This document shows, one piece after another, positions 22,581 to 32,968 of a DNA stretch of 64,000 nt (its first letter is position 1; each line of letters opens with the position of its first letter). A program made the position numbers and the translations under genes. Source of the stretch: Patescibacteria group bacterium UBA6201 (GTDB taxonomy: Bacteria; Patescibacteriota; Minisyncoccia; Phycocordibacterales; UBA918). The notes under the pieces are model-generated. The model searched no databases and was not told the DNA's origin. It saw nothing but the letters and a program-made list of their open reading frames with translations. The stretch covers positions 290,948-354,947 of the forward strand of contig DISV01000005.1 of assembly GCA_002422025.1 (NCBI GenBank), given 5' to 3'.

Positions 22581-23828
22581 TTATCGCAGTCTCATTATTT
22601 CACTCCAACTTGTTGTGTATCGTGACGACTGAAAATTATGATTACTACCCCAAGACTCTTTGTAGCGTGCGCGCCCAATAGTGATACTATCCTTACCTAA
22701 ATTTTTGTTTACCGTGTCGATGACTGACATTAGTTTATTATCACTAACTTGCTGTGAGCCAAATAAATCTAATTGTAGGTGGTCATCAGCGGTTATCTGA
22801 CTCAAGACCACCCCAGCCTTCTTGTAAGGTACATCTTTCACAAATATAGCGCGTGCCAATCTTTCCACCTCTCTTAACAACACGATAGTATCGTTGGTTG
22901 GATAAGGAAGTACGGACTCGGAAGTAGCACCTTGGAGCACCCATTCACTATGGCGATTAGTACCGAGCATTATGGAAAGCTTTCCGGCTTTAGAGTGACT
23001 AGATCGGAGTTCCTCCGAGGCGCGAGCCGTATGATAAGCGAGCGCCTCCTCCAAAACGGCTAGAGAGGTGGTGGTTTTAGAGAAAGAGCGTGTGCTCATA
23101 ATGCTCTTTTGTTGTGCCTCATCATTCTCTGGCATTTTGGCAGGTATACCTCTAAGCTCAGAGCCTAATCGCGTTCCATTAACACCAAAAATTTTTTCTA
23201 TTCTTGAATTGTCGGCAGAAAGGAAGTCAGCCACAGTGATTAGATTATGCTCACGCATTTTTTGAGTCGTGGCGCCGCCCACTCCCCATATTTCAGACAA
23301 AGAAACCGTGTCTCTCTGTACCTCCCAATCTTTCATAGTTAATACTGACACTCCACTACCTCGCTTTTCTAGTTCACTGGCATACTTCGCTAGTGTCATT
23401 GTGGGTGCTAAACCAAAAGACAACGGTACACCTACATTCTTTTGTATCAGTGTTTTCAAACGAGCAAGTTCAATTTTGGCCTCCTTCACACTCTTCACCT
23501 CCATTGTGAAGAAAGCTTCGTCTACGGAATACTGATAAATCACGCCGAGCTCCTCATGCAGGGTATCCATCACTCTTTTTGAAATGTCGCTATATAAATC
23601 AAAGTTAGATGAAAAAACTTTGGCACCGGCCTTTTCTAATTCATCGCGCACCTTAAAGTACGGCACACCCATCGGCACACCGAGCTTTTTAACCTCCTCA
23701 CTTCTAGCTACAATAGCGCCGTCATTAGAAGACAAAACCACTACTGGGCGACCCCAAAGATCGGGTCGAAACACCCTCTCACAGGAAACAAAAAAGTTAT
23801 TACAATCTGCCAAACCGATGTATTTCAC
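22581..23828 (-). CDS. umuC: Y-family DNA polymerase V subunit UmuC-like
   Basis: DCNNFFVSCE, VVLSSNDG, YSVDEAF, C-terminal SRYTTSWSEI (DUF4113-like). Confidence 0.92.
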   Translation of the reverse strand: MKYIGLADCNNFFVSCERVFRPDLWGRPVVVLSSNDGAIVARSEEVKKLGVPMGVPYFKVRDELEKAGAKVFSSNFDLYSDISKRVMDTLHEELGVIYQYSVDEAFFTMEVKSVKEAKIELARLKTLIQKNVGVPLSFGLAPTMTLAKYASELEKRGSGVSVLTMKDWEVQRDTVSLSEIWGVGGATTQKMREHNLITVADFLSADNSRIEKIFGVNGTRLGSELRGIPAKMPENDEAQQKSIMSTRSFSKTTTSLAVLEEALAYHTARASEELRSSHSKAGKLSIMLGTNRHSEWVLQGATSESVLPYPTNDTIVLLREVERLARAIFVKDVPYKKAGVVLSQITADDHLQLDLFGSQQVSDNKLMSVIDTVNKNLGKDSITIGRARYKESWGSNHNFQSSRYTTSWSEIMRLR

Positions 23829-23908
23829 CGTTATATTATACGCTTCCTCTCAACTGTATTGATATATATACATTTGTATGTCAATGTGCAGCACAAGAGA
23901 TATCCACT

Positions 23909-24259
23909 ATGTCGAATAAACATTCAAGGTCGGGTGGAAAATTTAACGGTAACCACACTACCCTTATACCGGCTGCTTGCTGCGTGGCTGATATCGCAGA
24001 GTCTTGCACCGCGGTTACGAAAATTTCACCAGGATTCATAAAAGCAGGCCTGAAGTCAGTCAACGGCATAAGGCGAGTCAAAATAACTGACGACAAATTG
24101 TGTCTATTGCTCTCCGTGCGAGACAATACTTCACACCAAGAAATTCGTATTTACGTTAATGATATACAGGCAGCCAAGCGTACAATCATAAAGGGTGCAA
24201 AGTCAGCAGGACTCAACGTATCATTTGGTGGTGAAAAAATACAAAGGTCACACAATTAA
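23909..24259 (+). CDS. DUF2103-like protein
   Basis: KFNGNHTTLI, KISPGFIK, LLLSVRDNTSHQEI resemble DUF2103 (from recall). Confidence 0.6.
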   Translation: MSNKHSRSGGKFNGNHTTLIPAACCVADIAESCTAVTKISPGFIKAGLKSVNGIRRVKITDDKLCLLLSVRDNTSHQEIRIYVNDIQAAKRTIIKGAKSAGLNVSFGGEKIQRSHN

Positions 24260-24313
24260 ATATGAACACGGTCTCAACAATACCTTTCTACAAAACGTGC
24301 TACCGGTCCTACT

Positions 24314-24736
24314 TTAAAATGTCTGTATTGAAAGATAAGTCACCATCGGAATCACCCAAGTGAGCCAGTCAACTACTCCTTTCTGTCTAGATTGCCCATA
24401 CCGCTTTGGATGCAAATGGAACTCTTGAATAAACAAGACAACAATCGCCGTGGCCATCAGTACGTAAAGCGCTCTGTCACTTCCGAATAATTTTTGTGAC
24501 AGGAGTGTAGCAAATATAATGAACAAGACTGCACCAAGGAGATGGAAGGAAGCTCGATAGAAAGTCAGCTTATAGCCAAGACGTTGCGGACCATAGGTCA
24601 GAAAAGCATTATTAAGCGCGTTCAAGTAAGAACGCCTGCCTCTGACCCAACGTCCCTCAATCTCGTTAGCAAAAGGATAAAGGCGATCTGGTATTGTTTC
24701 TATAAACTCGTAGATTTGGGAAAATAGTTGTCGCAT
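24314..24736 (-). CDS. Hypothetical membrane protein
   Basis: About 3 TM helices; start moved to MRQLFSQ to avoid overlap with the upstream gene. Confidence 0.65.
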   Translation of the reverse strand: MRQLFSQIYEFIETIPDRLYPFANEIEGRWVRGRRSYLNALNNAFLTYGPQRLGYKLTFYRASFHLLGAVLFIIFATLLSQKLFGSDRALYVLMATAIVVLFIQEFHLHPKRYGQSRQKGVVDWLTWVIPMVTYLSIQTF

Positions 24737-24770
24737 ATCACTCTCAATATTATAGATAATTGTATTTTTA

Positions 24771-25877
24771 TTATTGGTACTGGATATAGATCGGTGACGG
24801 TGTGAGGTCAAGTACTTCCTTTGGAGTCATAAGGCGAGTACTTGGCGCACGGAGGTCATTTTTATAGAATAATTTAAATCCCGTGAATTGAACTGGTTCA
24901 GGAGTAATTACGCGGGCATAGGTGTTTACTTTTTTGGCTGGCTCACCCCAACCATCCATATCGATTACCATTTGCACCTCGGGAAGTAGCTTAATATCAT
25001 CGTAGTTAGTGAGCATATTTTGTGTAAAGCGGTGGAGGAGTAGGATCTTCGGTGGCAGATTATGTTCCTTCACAATCCCTGCAAGATATTCTGCTGCCCA
25101 GTTCACGTCCTGTGCATCCATACTTCCCATGTACTCTCCTGGTGCCTGTCCCGCCCTCATATAAAATTCTGGATCAATCGCAAGATGTACCTCAGGCATC
25201 GCCAAATACTTCTCCAGGAGTGGAGCTTCAGTACGAATATTGCTGAGCCCAACCTGTAGGTCTATGAATACTATACCGTCAACCTGCTTAGCAAGTTCAA
25301 GGGCATAATCTATCTGACTATCTGGCATACGGAGACGATACTTACCATCATCTCCAGCGCTACCCTGAGCAGTCACCGCTATGTAGTGGATAGCGGGAAT
25401 TACTGGAGTATCAGGGTCTGCAGCCTCCCATTTTGCTACTTCAGCCTTAAGCATTGAGAGCATTTCTCTCTCTGAATACTCACCCAATACCCCCATGCCT
25501 TTAGAATAAAAGTTTCCGTAATATGCGACGATGCGGTTAAACGGCAATAGCGCTCCTGGTAACGGGTATGATGCATTGCTATTCGCCCAACGCTCCTGTA
25601 ATGATGTCATCTCTGTACTACTTCCGACGCTGGTCTTATCAACTACAGAAAGGTGTGCCAATCGTCGCATCCGCAAATCATAGTCAGCCTTATCTAGTTC
25701 TGGTTGTAGCTTTTCCGAGATTTGAGAATCAACTCCCGCCTCCACCTCGAGCACACGCTCATATGTCACAGTTGAGAGTTGTGTCAAAAATTGAAAGATG
25801 AGTATCATTCCGACAAATAAAGCGATTGTCGAGACTGCTATTACTGTGTATTTTTTACCGCTCAAATAACGCCACAT
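24771..25877 (-). CDS. Membrane-anchored extracellular protein, possible glycoside-hydrolase-like barrel
   Basis: N-terminal TM; RIVAYYG, HLAIDPEF, DMDGWG, GFKLFY motifs. Confidence 0.7.
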   Translation of the reverse strand: MWRYLSGKKYTVIAVSTIALFVGMILIFQFLTQLSTVTYERVLEVEAGVDSQISEKLQPELDKADYDLRMRRLAHLSVVDKTSVGSSTEMTSLQERWANSNASYPLPGALLPFNRIVAYYGNFYSKGMGVLGEYSEREMLSMLKAEVAKWEAADPDTPVIPAIHYIAVTAQGSAGDDGKYRLRMPDSQIDYALELAKQVDGIVFIDLQVGLSNIRTEAPLLEKYLAMPEVHLAIDPEFYMRAGQAPGEYMGSMDAQDVNWAAEYLAGIVKEHNLPPKILLLHRFTQNMLTNYDDIKLLPEVQMVIDMDGWGEPAKKVNTYARVITPEPVQFTGFKLFYKNDLRAPSTRLMTPKEVLDLTPSPIYIQYQ

Positions 25878-25970
25878 GATTACCTAGTGTATCCTATGTA
25901 CTCACGTAAAGCCAAAACAACTTGTTTGTTATCCTAATTTTAGGAATTTCCGTATAGAGAATCGAAATAA

Positions 25971-26279
25971 CTAACACAAGTGTCGAAGCAAGCCCGTTAT
26001 CACGCCCCATAAGGTGACATCTTCTTCCAAGTTACTCCCTACGGAGTGTCTCTGGACCTTAAGTTCCCCGTCTTCTGCGACCACCAGAATACTGCCACGC
26101 TTAGGACTAAGTGAGCGATCTACTACTAAGGTATCTCCAGCTTTTATATCCGTACCCTCAGGACCATCCGACTCCATCTTCATAAAAAAAGTAGAGCTAG
26201 GGTGCTTGACCATCAAATCGTGGATGTCGAGTGGTCTTTCTTCCCCACTATTTTTCATTACATCAAAAACTTTTCCCAT
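25971..26279 (-). CDS. umuD: UmuD-like S24-family protein, N-terminally short and catalytically degenerate
   Basis: LDIHDLMVKHPSSTFF, GDTLVVDRS, DGEL, WGVIT align with UmuD. Confidence 0.8.
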   Translation of the reverse strand: MGKVFDVMKNSGEERPLDIHDLMVKHPSSTFFMKMESDGPEGTDIKAGDTLVVDRSLSPKRGSILVVAEDGELKVQRHSVGSNLEEDVTLWGVITGLLRHLC

Positions 26280-26330
26280 ACTTTATTCTAGTTTAAAGTT
26301 TTTAGACTCAGAGTGAACTTCACTAAATTT

Positions 26331-26449
26331 TTTAAATCGAATGCAGTTCTGATGGTTGGAGAAAATTTTATGAGGGAGACGTATACGACATACGATGACT
26401 GAATAAAATTTTTGAAACCACAGAAATGCATCGATTTTAGAAGTTTTAG
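26331..26449 (-). repeat. Stop-codon-anchored structured repeat after the CAP gene
   Basis: Close match to 54872-54999; long imperfect self-complementarity. Confidence 0.85.
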
Positions 26450-27492
26450 GCTATGAGAGCGCCAGAAGAGGCAAGCAAATGAACCTGAAACAACACAATC
26501 ATCATCAAAAGCATAACTGTCGCATAAGCAATCTGTATCGGATGATGCCTTCTCCACTCAATAATGATGGAAGCTAGTAAAGCCCCAATTATAAACAAAC
26601 CGAGAATAGAATAAATGATCTGGAGCAACAGGCGCGGAGAGGTCAAAATACGCCAAAAGGTTGAAGGCCTTGAAGTGATATTGTCAGTCGGTGCAGAAAT
26701 TATCTCTTCAACATTCTCTACTGCCGTGGCAGCAAAACTTTCATAGACCACGGTTCCATCACTGGTTACACTCGCATTTATCTCGCTGTCTTCTGTAACA
26801 CCGGCGACCTGTGCAGGGATAACAGGCTCTGTTTCCTCTACAATTACTTGCTCAGGTTCAGTCAGCACAAGTTCAGTTTCTGTAATTTCAGGAACCACCT
26901 CAGACACTGTTGCTGGTGCTGCTACCGCAACCGCTGGAGTACCAAACATCTGTACAACAAAAACTGTGTCAAAACCTTCGTATTCACCCTTTGCTGTTCC
27001 GATACCAATCTCAGTATACTTGGTGTTCATAATATTCTCGCGGTGTGTGGGAGACTTAAGCCAAGCATCAACCACTACAGTTGAGTCAGTGAAGTGTACA
27101 GCCAAGTTTTCACCAGCGTGAATGTAGGAATAACCAGCTTCGGTAAACCAATGCCACGGAGAGACACCAGCGGGACTCCAGTGGGCAAAGTAGCCATTCT
27201 TCGCCATATCTTCGGCCTTAAGGCGTGCTGCCTCGTCGAGAACTGGGTTTCTAACTAGTGGAGACTTACCCTCTTCAACACGAGCAGAGTTGGTGGCGTC
27301 GGTCACAACAGCTGGCAAAATTGTAGAGACCAACCATTCAGAACTGACCCAAAGAATTGATTGCAGATTAGCAATGGAAAAGGAGATGAGGACCAAGCCC
27401 ATCATACCAACCAAAGCCGCCCGTTGAAGGACGTGCGGCTTAAAGTCGTTCTCAGCATTCGGAACAAAAAACTTTTTCAGCCAGTTTTTCAC
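26446..27492 (-). CDS. CAP (SCP) domain membrane protein
   Basis: AARLKAEDM..GYFAH, AGENLA, WLKSPTHRENI, EIGIG. Confidence 0.92.
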   Translation of the reverse strand: MKNWLKKFFVPNAENDFKPHVLQRAALVGMMGLVLISFSIANLQSILWVSSEWLVSTILPAVVTDATNSARVEEGKSPLVRNPVLDEAARLKAEDMAKNGYFAHWSPAGVSPWHWFTEAGYSYIHAGENLAVHFTDSTVVVDAWLKSPTHRENIMNTKYTEIGIGTAKGEYEGFDTVFVVQMFGTPAVAVAAPATVSEVVPEITETELVLTEPEQVIVEETEPVIPAQVAGVTEDSEINASVTSDGTVVYESFAATAVENVEEIISAPTDNITSRPSTFWRILTSPRLLLQIIYSILGLFIIGALLASIIIEWRRHHPIQIAYATVMLLMMIVLFQVHLLASSGALIA

Positions 27493-27631
27493 CTGGTCAT
27501 TATAACACTACAAAATCGGAAACGAGAGTCCGCTAGATAGTGGTTATTTCTATCGTCAAAGCTAAATAAGCTTTTAATTATTTTAGATTATGGTGACGGT
27601 TTGTCGAATAAGTAGCAGTGACATAAGTACA

Positions 27632-27670
27632 TAAGAAAAGGCGCAGGTCTCAGACCTGCGCCTTTTCTTA
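27632..27670. terminator. Intrinsic terminator-like hairpin
   Basis: TAAGAAAAGGCGCAGGTCT-C-AGACCTGCGCCTTTTCTTA after the 1278-aa gene. Confidence 0.8.
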
Positions 27671-27688
27671 AGCTAGTTGCTTACCTCC

Positions 27689-30600
27689 TTATTCAAGACT
27701 CCAGAAGTAGGCAGTAATAGCTCCAATGGTCACTATTAGTGACGGCCAGAAAGCTCCTACCAGTCCGAAGAATACTGCACCAGCTAATAGTAGCAAGGCG
27801 ACAGCCATAAATGTGCTCTGTACTGCCCTCATAGCCATAGTCTCAGGATATTCGTTTCTTCTCCAGAGTGCTACAGCAGAAGCTAGTAACCAGAGAAGCA
27901 CTAGTAGCCAGTAATAATTCTGCCACGAGCTAAGTATGGCTCCTTCAGAATCTTCATCTTCTTCGTTTACAGTCATCTCGGTAATCTCATTCTCTTCTTG
28001 TCCTTCAGCATCTTTTGCTTCTTGTACGAGCTGCAAGTCAGCTTGTGTGATTGAATCACCCAATACAACACCTGATGACTGACCTGCTGGACTTTGAGCC
28101 GAGACATAGGAAGCAAGTAGGAACTCAGCTAGACGATTCTTAATTTGTTCAAGCAAATCGTATATTTCTCCGTCCGTGCTAGCACCAAGTACTCGAGGAG
28201 TAGCACTTCTATTTGTTCCTCCACCTCCTCCACCCCCACCTCCGTCAGTATCAGTGTTAGTTTCAGGGATAACTGTGTTAGTAGTTGGTTCGAAGTCATA
28301 TGCCTCAGTATGAGTATTATTGCCAGTCTTAATACCGATTACAAAGTTATCAATATTACCTGTAAACCCACCTGGATAAGGCTCTCCTACTCGAACACCA
28401 AGGAATGAGTCAGTTGTACGAGTACCTGCGTTAGGGAATGCGGCCTTAATTTGATTCCATGTCTTTGTTACTGAACCAGAGTCACCACCAAGCTCTGCTG
28501 GCCAATTAGCTCCGGAATACTTCCAAAGAGCATTGCCTCCATTTATAGCATCCCACTCTTGCCAAGTATCTGCCAATACAGTGCCATTGTCTCTTGGTAC
28601 ATAAATAAGTCGTCGTTGCCAAGTATCAGTGCCATTAAAGTCAACATTGAAGTGCAAATAAGGTGCTGCATTTACACCAGCGCCGTTTCCAGCCGACTGA
28701 GAGTAGGTTGAGAATTTAAGGTCAGTAATATCAGCCAACTTTACGTTACTGAACTGATAAGTGGCCAAGTTGCGTCGTGCATTGGTACTAGACGCAACCT
28801 CTACAGGCACACTGATTTCAACACTACCTAGACCTAGTAGCACTCCAGCAGGACCAGTCACAAATGAGCCCAAACTGTTGTTGACTCCTTCAGCTCCATC
28901 AATACTTCCTGTCTGATCATTATAGAAGAACCAATTAGTTGATGAGAGATCTTCAGCTTCAACTGTAGTAGTGCCAGAAGTAAATGATGGTGGAGTAGAT
29001 GGAGTGGTTTTGTAGACAATAGTGAATTCATCGCTGCACTCTGATTCATGACCGCCGTTATCGACAGCAATAATACAGAAGTAGTGAGTCCCCTCTCCTT
29101 GGTTAAAGGAACCTGAGCGTGAGTTTGCAGAACCATTGTTCACCGTCCAAGCAGTAGATGTACTGTTGAAAGCAGAGGTAGAAATGTTGTTCCAGTACTT
29201 GTATATGTAGTGACTAAAGTCTGGTTCGGTATTAGCGTCCCAAACTGCGGTACCAGAAACCAACTCGGTTGTGCCACCGTCAGCCACAGGGTTACTGTTT
29301 GAGTCGTTCCATCCTAGACCGGTTGGGACAGCTGGAGTGCCGTTCATTGGGCCTGAACCATCTACATCGTAGTAGTAGTGAACAGGGTCACTCCAACCAC
29401 TAACGTTGCCGGCATTATCAAAGGCACGAACCCAGATGGTCACACCACCTTGTTCAGAAGTTGAAGGAATATGATTGCGAGAAGTGCCGTCTACGTCACG
29501 ACAACCTACCCAATCTCCATCAATAGTTACGTCTGGACAGGTAGAAGCGCTAAACGTATGTCCATCGTCATAACGGTAAGCGATTTGGTAATAGTCGATA
29601 CCGCTAGCATCAGTGACTACAGTCCATTCATTTAGAATCGGAGCAGTTGTAAAGATTTGTTCAGGATTTGGAAAAGTTATTTCTGGTACAGATGGTCCAG
29701 TAGCATCATAAGTAACTACAAAAGGATCAGAGTAGTTAGAACAATCATCAGAGGAATTACAGGCACTGAATGCAAAATAATGAGTCCCCTCACCTTGAGT
29801 GAAATTGTCGTTATACACTCCAAGACTAGATGAGTGAAGTGCTAAGTTGGTTGGATTCCAAGGAGTAGCCTCTTTAAAGACTGACCCGACGATATCATTC
29901 CAATACTTAAGTTGATAACGATTAACATCAAGTGAGGACGAGAGGTCAAAGGTAAAGTATTGCTCTTGAGTATACCCGCCATTAGACACGACTGTATTGC
30001 TCGGAGTTGCAGTGAAGATTGCTGTTGGAATTGTGGGAGTCTCTGTAACTTCACCAAGTTCAAGGTCAGACCAGATAGTTGTGTAACTTTGCCCACCATT
30101 GAAACTATTAAATATAGTCTCATTAAACTGATTGAAATTATGTCCATCAATTATAGAACTGTACGAATGAACAAGACTTCCATCAACAAAAAATTCAAAT
30201 TGATTAGTATATGGGTTTTGTAACACTTCAAGACTTACACTTGTACCATAGGTACTTGATGCCACATCAGTCCAGCCACCATTTGCTGTATCCCATACTC
30301 GAATCCGAGGATTCGCTTCAAGATTTGTAAACTCAATGATTGGCCAAGCCAAAGAACCAGTGGTTGTGGCAGACAAAACGCCCCATAAACCAGCACGCAC
30401 ATCTGTTACAGAACTCCATGAACTGTCGATATACAGATTTGCTTTGACGCTATTATTGCCACTTGGGAGAGTCGCCTTTACTCCTTCCGTTTTATAGTAA
30501 CCTTCAGGACTTGCAGAAGGACCATGTACATTAATAACTAACTGATCGGGTGTAGCAGTCCATCCACCAGTTGGGTTAGTACGGTCAGGCGACCAAGTTA

Positions 30601-31525
30601 ATCCGCCGAATTCTTGTGGTGTATGCACTACCACGAAAATCGTAAAGTGATTAAGTTCAGAAATCGTTACAGTATCTTCTGATGCTTGAACCTGAACACT
30701 ATCATCAGAAATGATATCAGCGTTGGAGAGTTGATCTACACTTTCAGCATACACAATACTTGGGACTTCATTTGCACTAGACGGCAAAGGTAATTCGAGA
30801 TCATAAGCAAACATACCATTCTCCATCGAAGAAGTAATATCGTAAGCAACATTACTTATAGCCCCCAATGAAGCCACCTGTTCGTCAGTCAAAATAACCT
30901 CCTCAATAGATAGACTGCCAGCAACTTCTGGGAGGCTAGTGAAAGTAACTTTTACTTGGGAGTTTTGTGGAGCAACATACGCCACACCTAATTTAACGTT
31001 ATCGACTGTAGCAACACCATTCTCGCCGAGCTGAAGGGTTACTTCTTTATTCCCAGAAAAAAGATCAACTGCTTCTTTTACTATTGCAGAAGCTGCTTCA
31101 ATCACTGTCGAAACAATACCTTTATTTTCCTCATCAACTACATCATCTGAACTAGATGCAACTTCTTCCGAACTAGATGCCACATCTTCTGTAGTAGTTG
31201 CACTTTCGTTTTCATCAGAAATAGTTGGAATATTCTCCACTTCATCAACCCCACTTTCTTCGTTATCAATAATTTCTGTGGCCTCTTGTTGTTCTGCGAC
31301 TTCTTCAGAAGCTTCAACCTCCTCAACAAGTTCCTCAGAATCTTCAACTTGCTCAGAACTTTCCGATACAACTTCTGGAGTTGAAATTTCTGTCGGCTCT
31401 GCATTAACTTCCTCAGCGTAAGTAGTTAACACACCAATCGGCAAAGATGTTACCAAGAGTGAGGCTATAGCTAATAAAGCGGCGGTCTTTCGTAGTGAAT
31501 TTGGGATTCTGTGTGTGTAGTTCAT
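27689..31525 (-). CDS. Large multidomain cell-surface protein (Ig/FN3-like and lectin-like domains, C-terminal TMs)
   Basis: Signal peptide, acidic linker, repeated YWN...F(T/N)QGEGTHYF module, AFDNAGN, poly-Gly + VLGAST, three C-terminal TMs. Confidence 0.85.
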   Translation of the reverse strand: MNYTHRIPNSLRKTAALLAIASLLVTSLPIGVLTTYAEEVNAEPTEISTPEVVSESSEQVEDSEELVEEVEASEEVAEQQEATEIIDNEESGVDEVENIPTISDENESATTTEDVASSSEEVASSSDDVVDEENKGIVSTVIEAASAIVKEAVDLFSGNKEVTLQLGENGVATVDNVKLGVAYVAPQNSQVKVTFTSLPEVAGSLSIEEVILTDEQVASLGAISNVAYDITSSMENGMFAYDLELPLPSSANEVPSIVYAESVDQLSNADIISDDSVQVQASEDTVTISELNHFTIFVVVHTPQEFGGLTWSPDRTNPTGGWTATPDQLVINVHGPSASPEGYYKTEGVKATLPSGNNSVKANLYIDSSWSSVTDVRAGLWGVLSATTTGSLAWPIIEFTNLEANPRIRVWDTANGGWTDVASSTYGTSVSLEVLQNPYTNQFEFFVDGSLVHSYSSIIDGHNFNQFNETIFNSFNGGQSYTTIWSDLELGEVTETPTIPTAIFTATPSNTVVSNGGYTQEQYFTFDLSSSLDVNRYQLKYWNDIVGSVFKEATPWNPTNLALHSSSLGVYNDNFTQGEGTHYFAFSACNSSDDCSNYSDPFVVTYDATGPSVPEITFPNPEQIFTTAPILNEWTVVTDASGIDYYQIAYRYDDGHTFSASTCPDVTIDGDWVGCRDVDGTSRNHIPSTSEQGGVTIWVRAFDNAGNVSGWSDPVHYYYDVDGSGPMNGTPAVPTGLGWNDSNSNPVADGGTTELVSGTAVWDANTEPDFSHYIYKYWNNISTSAFNSTSTAWTVNNGSANSRSGSFNQGEGTHYFCIIAVDNGGHESECSDEFTIVYKTTPSTPPSFTSGTTTVEAEDLSSTNWFFYNDQTGSIDGAEGVNNSLGSFVTGPAGVLLGLGSVEISVPVEVASSTNARRNLATYQFSNVKLADITDLKFSTYSQSAGNGAGVNAAPYLHFNVDFNGTDTWQRRLIYVPRDNGTVLADTWQEWDAINGGNALWKYSGANWPAELGGDSGSVTKTWNQIKAAFPNAGTRTTDSFLGVRVGEPYPGGFTGNIDNFVIGIKTGNNTHTEAYDFEPTTNTVIPETNTDTDGGGGGGGGGTNRSATPRVLGASTDGEIYDLLEQIKNRLAEFLLASYVSAQSPAGQSSGVVLGDSITQADLQLVQEAKDAEGQEENEITEMTVNEEDEDSEGAILSSWQNYYWLLVLLWLLASAVALWRRNEYPETMAMRAVQSTFMAVALLLLAGAVFFGLVGAFWPSLIVTIGAITAYFWSLE

Positions 31526-31584
31526 AAAATTTCTAATATTCTGAATAAAACCAAATTATTTATGCTGAAATAAGATCAAGATAT

Positions 31585-31683
31585 AAAAAACGGGCCACAC
31601 ACGAAATCGTATGCGGCTTTAAACCGTCCCCCTCCAATATCCTACCCCTTTACAGTCAGCATTCATTAGTATTTTTAACACTA
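31585..31683 (-). promoter_or_regulatory. Candidate attenuator/riboswitch-like leader A
   Basis: -10-like TAGTGT, ATGAATGC, stem GACTGT/ACGGTT, TAAAG, hairpin and T6, ending about 60 nt before the start codon. Confidence 0.55.
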
Positions 31684-31839
31684 CACTCTTTTTTCCTCTT
31701 ATGCCAATTGACACCAAGAATTAATTATGTGATATGTTGCTCCTATAAAGATTCAGTGCCTAAAGTAAACTTACTGTTTTGTTGTCTAACCCTCCGTTTT
31801 TGTAGTAATTAAGGTGCTCTTACTCTCTTGGACCCTACT

Positions 31840-32964
31840 TTATCTAGAAAATATACCCTTGAACCAATTCCATACACTACCGAAGAAGCTAGTTCCTGCC
31901 GAGACAGCAGAAGCGGTCTGCTCTTTAACGGTAGTGGCAGCCTTTTGACCCATACCTACAACCTCTTCGACTGTACTAGTCACCCCTTCCACTATTTCTT
32001 TACCGCTGGAAAATGGATCAGAAGTAGATTGACCACTAGAGCTACTTTGACGATAGGTTATACCCTGATTACGATACCAGGCTATCTCGGACTGCTGATC
32101 AGTGGTTAAAGGAAATTCTTGAGCAAATTCGCAGTATATCTCATTCACCATCTTGCGGGTTGTATAGTAGACGAACCGAGTTGGCAGAGGCAATCCCCAG
32201 GGTGTCAGTACTCTATCCGAGTACTTTTGCTGGAACTCATACACTGCCTGCTGAGTCGCTGCGTCGTACACTCCATTGACCTCCAAATCAAAGTGGCCCT
32301 CGAGATCACGAAGGAAAGTCTGCAGCTTGATTACCTCAGACACATCGTTCTGACGATTAGGATGGATATAGCTATAAAGCAGCTGTTCACAAGTATCAGT
32401 TGTTTCTCCAAGCACCTGCGGAGTGGCTTCTACGACAGCTCGAGATCGAGTCGAACGACTACCACCCCCACCACCGCCACCAGTATCATTTGTCACCACT
32501 GGAACAATTACGGTTGAACCTTCTTCAAACCCAACAATTAAGTCAAAGCCAAAGTTTTTCCCCATCAAGGGGTCCTGTGGAGCATCTGTTTTGAGCGTAA
32601 GAGTGATGGTGTAGTTGTGTGTTCCGCCATCAGGAATAGTGGATAGCTCAAAAGGATTAATTAACTCACCTAGCTCTCCACTGGCTGAGAAGTCTCCAGT
32701 AATCGTAAAGGTCATCTGATCAGCAAACAGAAGGAAGTCGCCAGTCGTGGACGCTACTTGTATTCCCGCCTTTTGCGTAAAGCCAGTAGTGTTTTCGACT
32801 GCAAAGCTACCACTCGCTGATGAGTTAGGCACCATATTAGTAGCTGTGATCGGCATATCAGAAGTGGTAACAAATGCCTCAACAATAGCCGGCATAACCA
32901 AAGCAGCCATAACTAACAGAGTCAAAGCATAACGTGTAGTAAAGTTTTTAAGAGATACGTTCAT
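31840..32964 (-). CDS. Secreted protein: TasA/CalY-like domain plus peptidoglycan-binding domain
   Basis: NMVPNS..FAVEN..YTITLTL..GKNFGFDL; VIKLQTFL..GVYDAATQQAVYEFQ PG-binding signature. Confidence 0.7.
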   Translation of the reverse strand: MNVSLKNFTTRYALTLLVMAALVMPAIVEAFVTTSDMPITATNMVPNSSASGSFAVENTTGFTQKAGIQVASTTGDFLLFADQMTFTITGDFSASGELGELINPFELSTIPDGGTHNYTITLTLKTDAPQDPLMGKNFGFDLIVGFEEGSTVIVPVVTNDTGGGGGGGSRSTRSRAVVEATPQVLGETTDTCEQLLYSYIHPNRQNDVSEVIKLQTFLRDLEGHFDLEVNGVYDAATQQAVYEFQQKYSDRVLTPWGLPLPTRFVYYTTRKMVNEIYCEFAQEFPLTTDQQSEIAWYRNQGITYRQSSSSGQSTSDPFSSGKEIVEGVTSTVEEVVGMGQKAATTVKEQTASAVSAGTSFFGSVWNWFKGIFSR

Positions 32965-32968
32965 AAAC

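Noticed and set aside
23850-23880. LexA (SOS) box upstream of umuC
   Set aside because: CTGT...ACAT has the wrong spacing and right half for CTGT-N8-ACAG; likely AT-rich chance match
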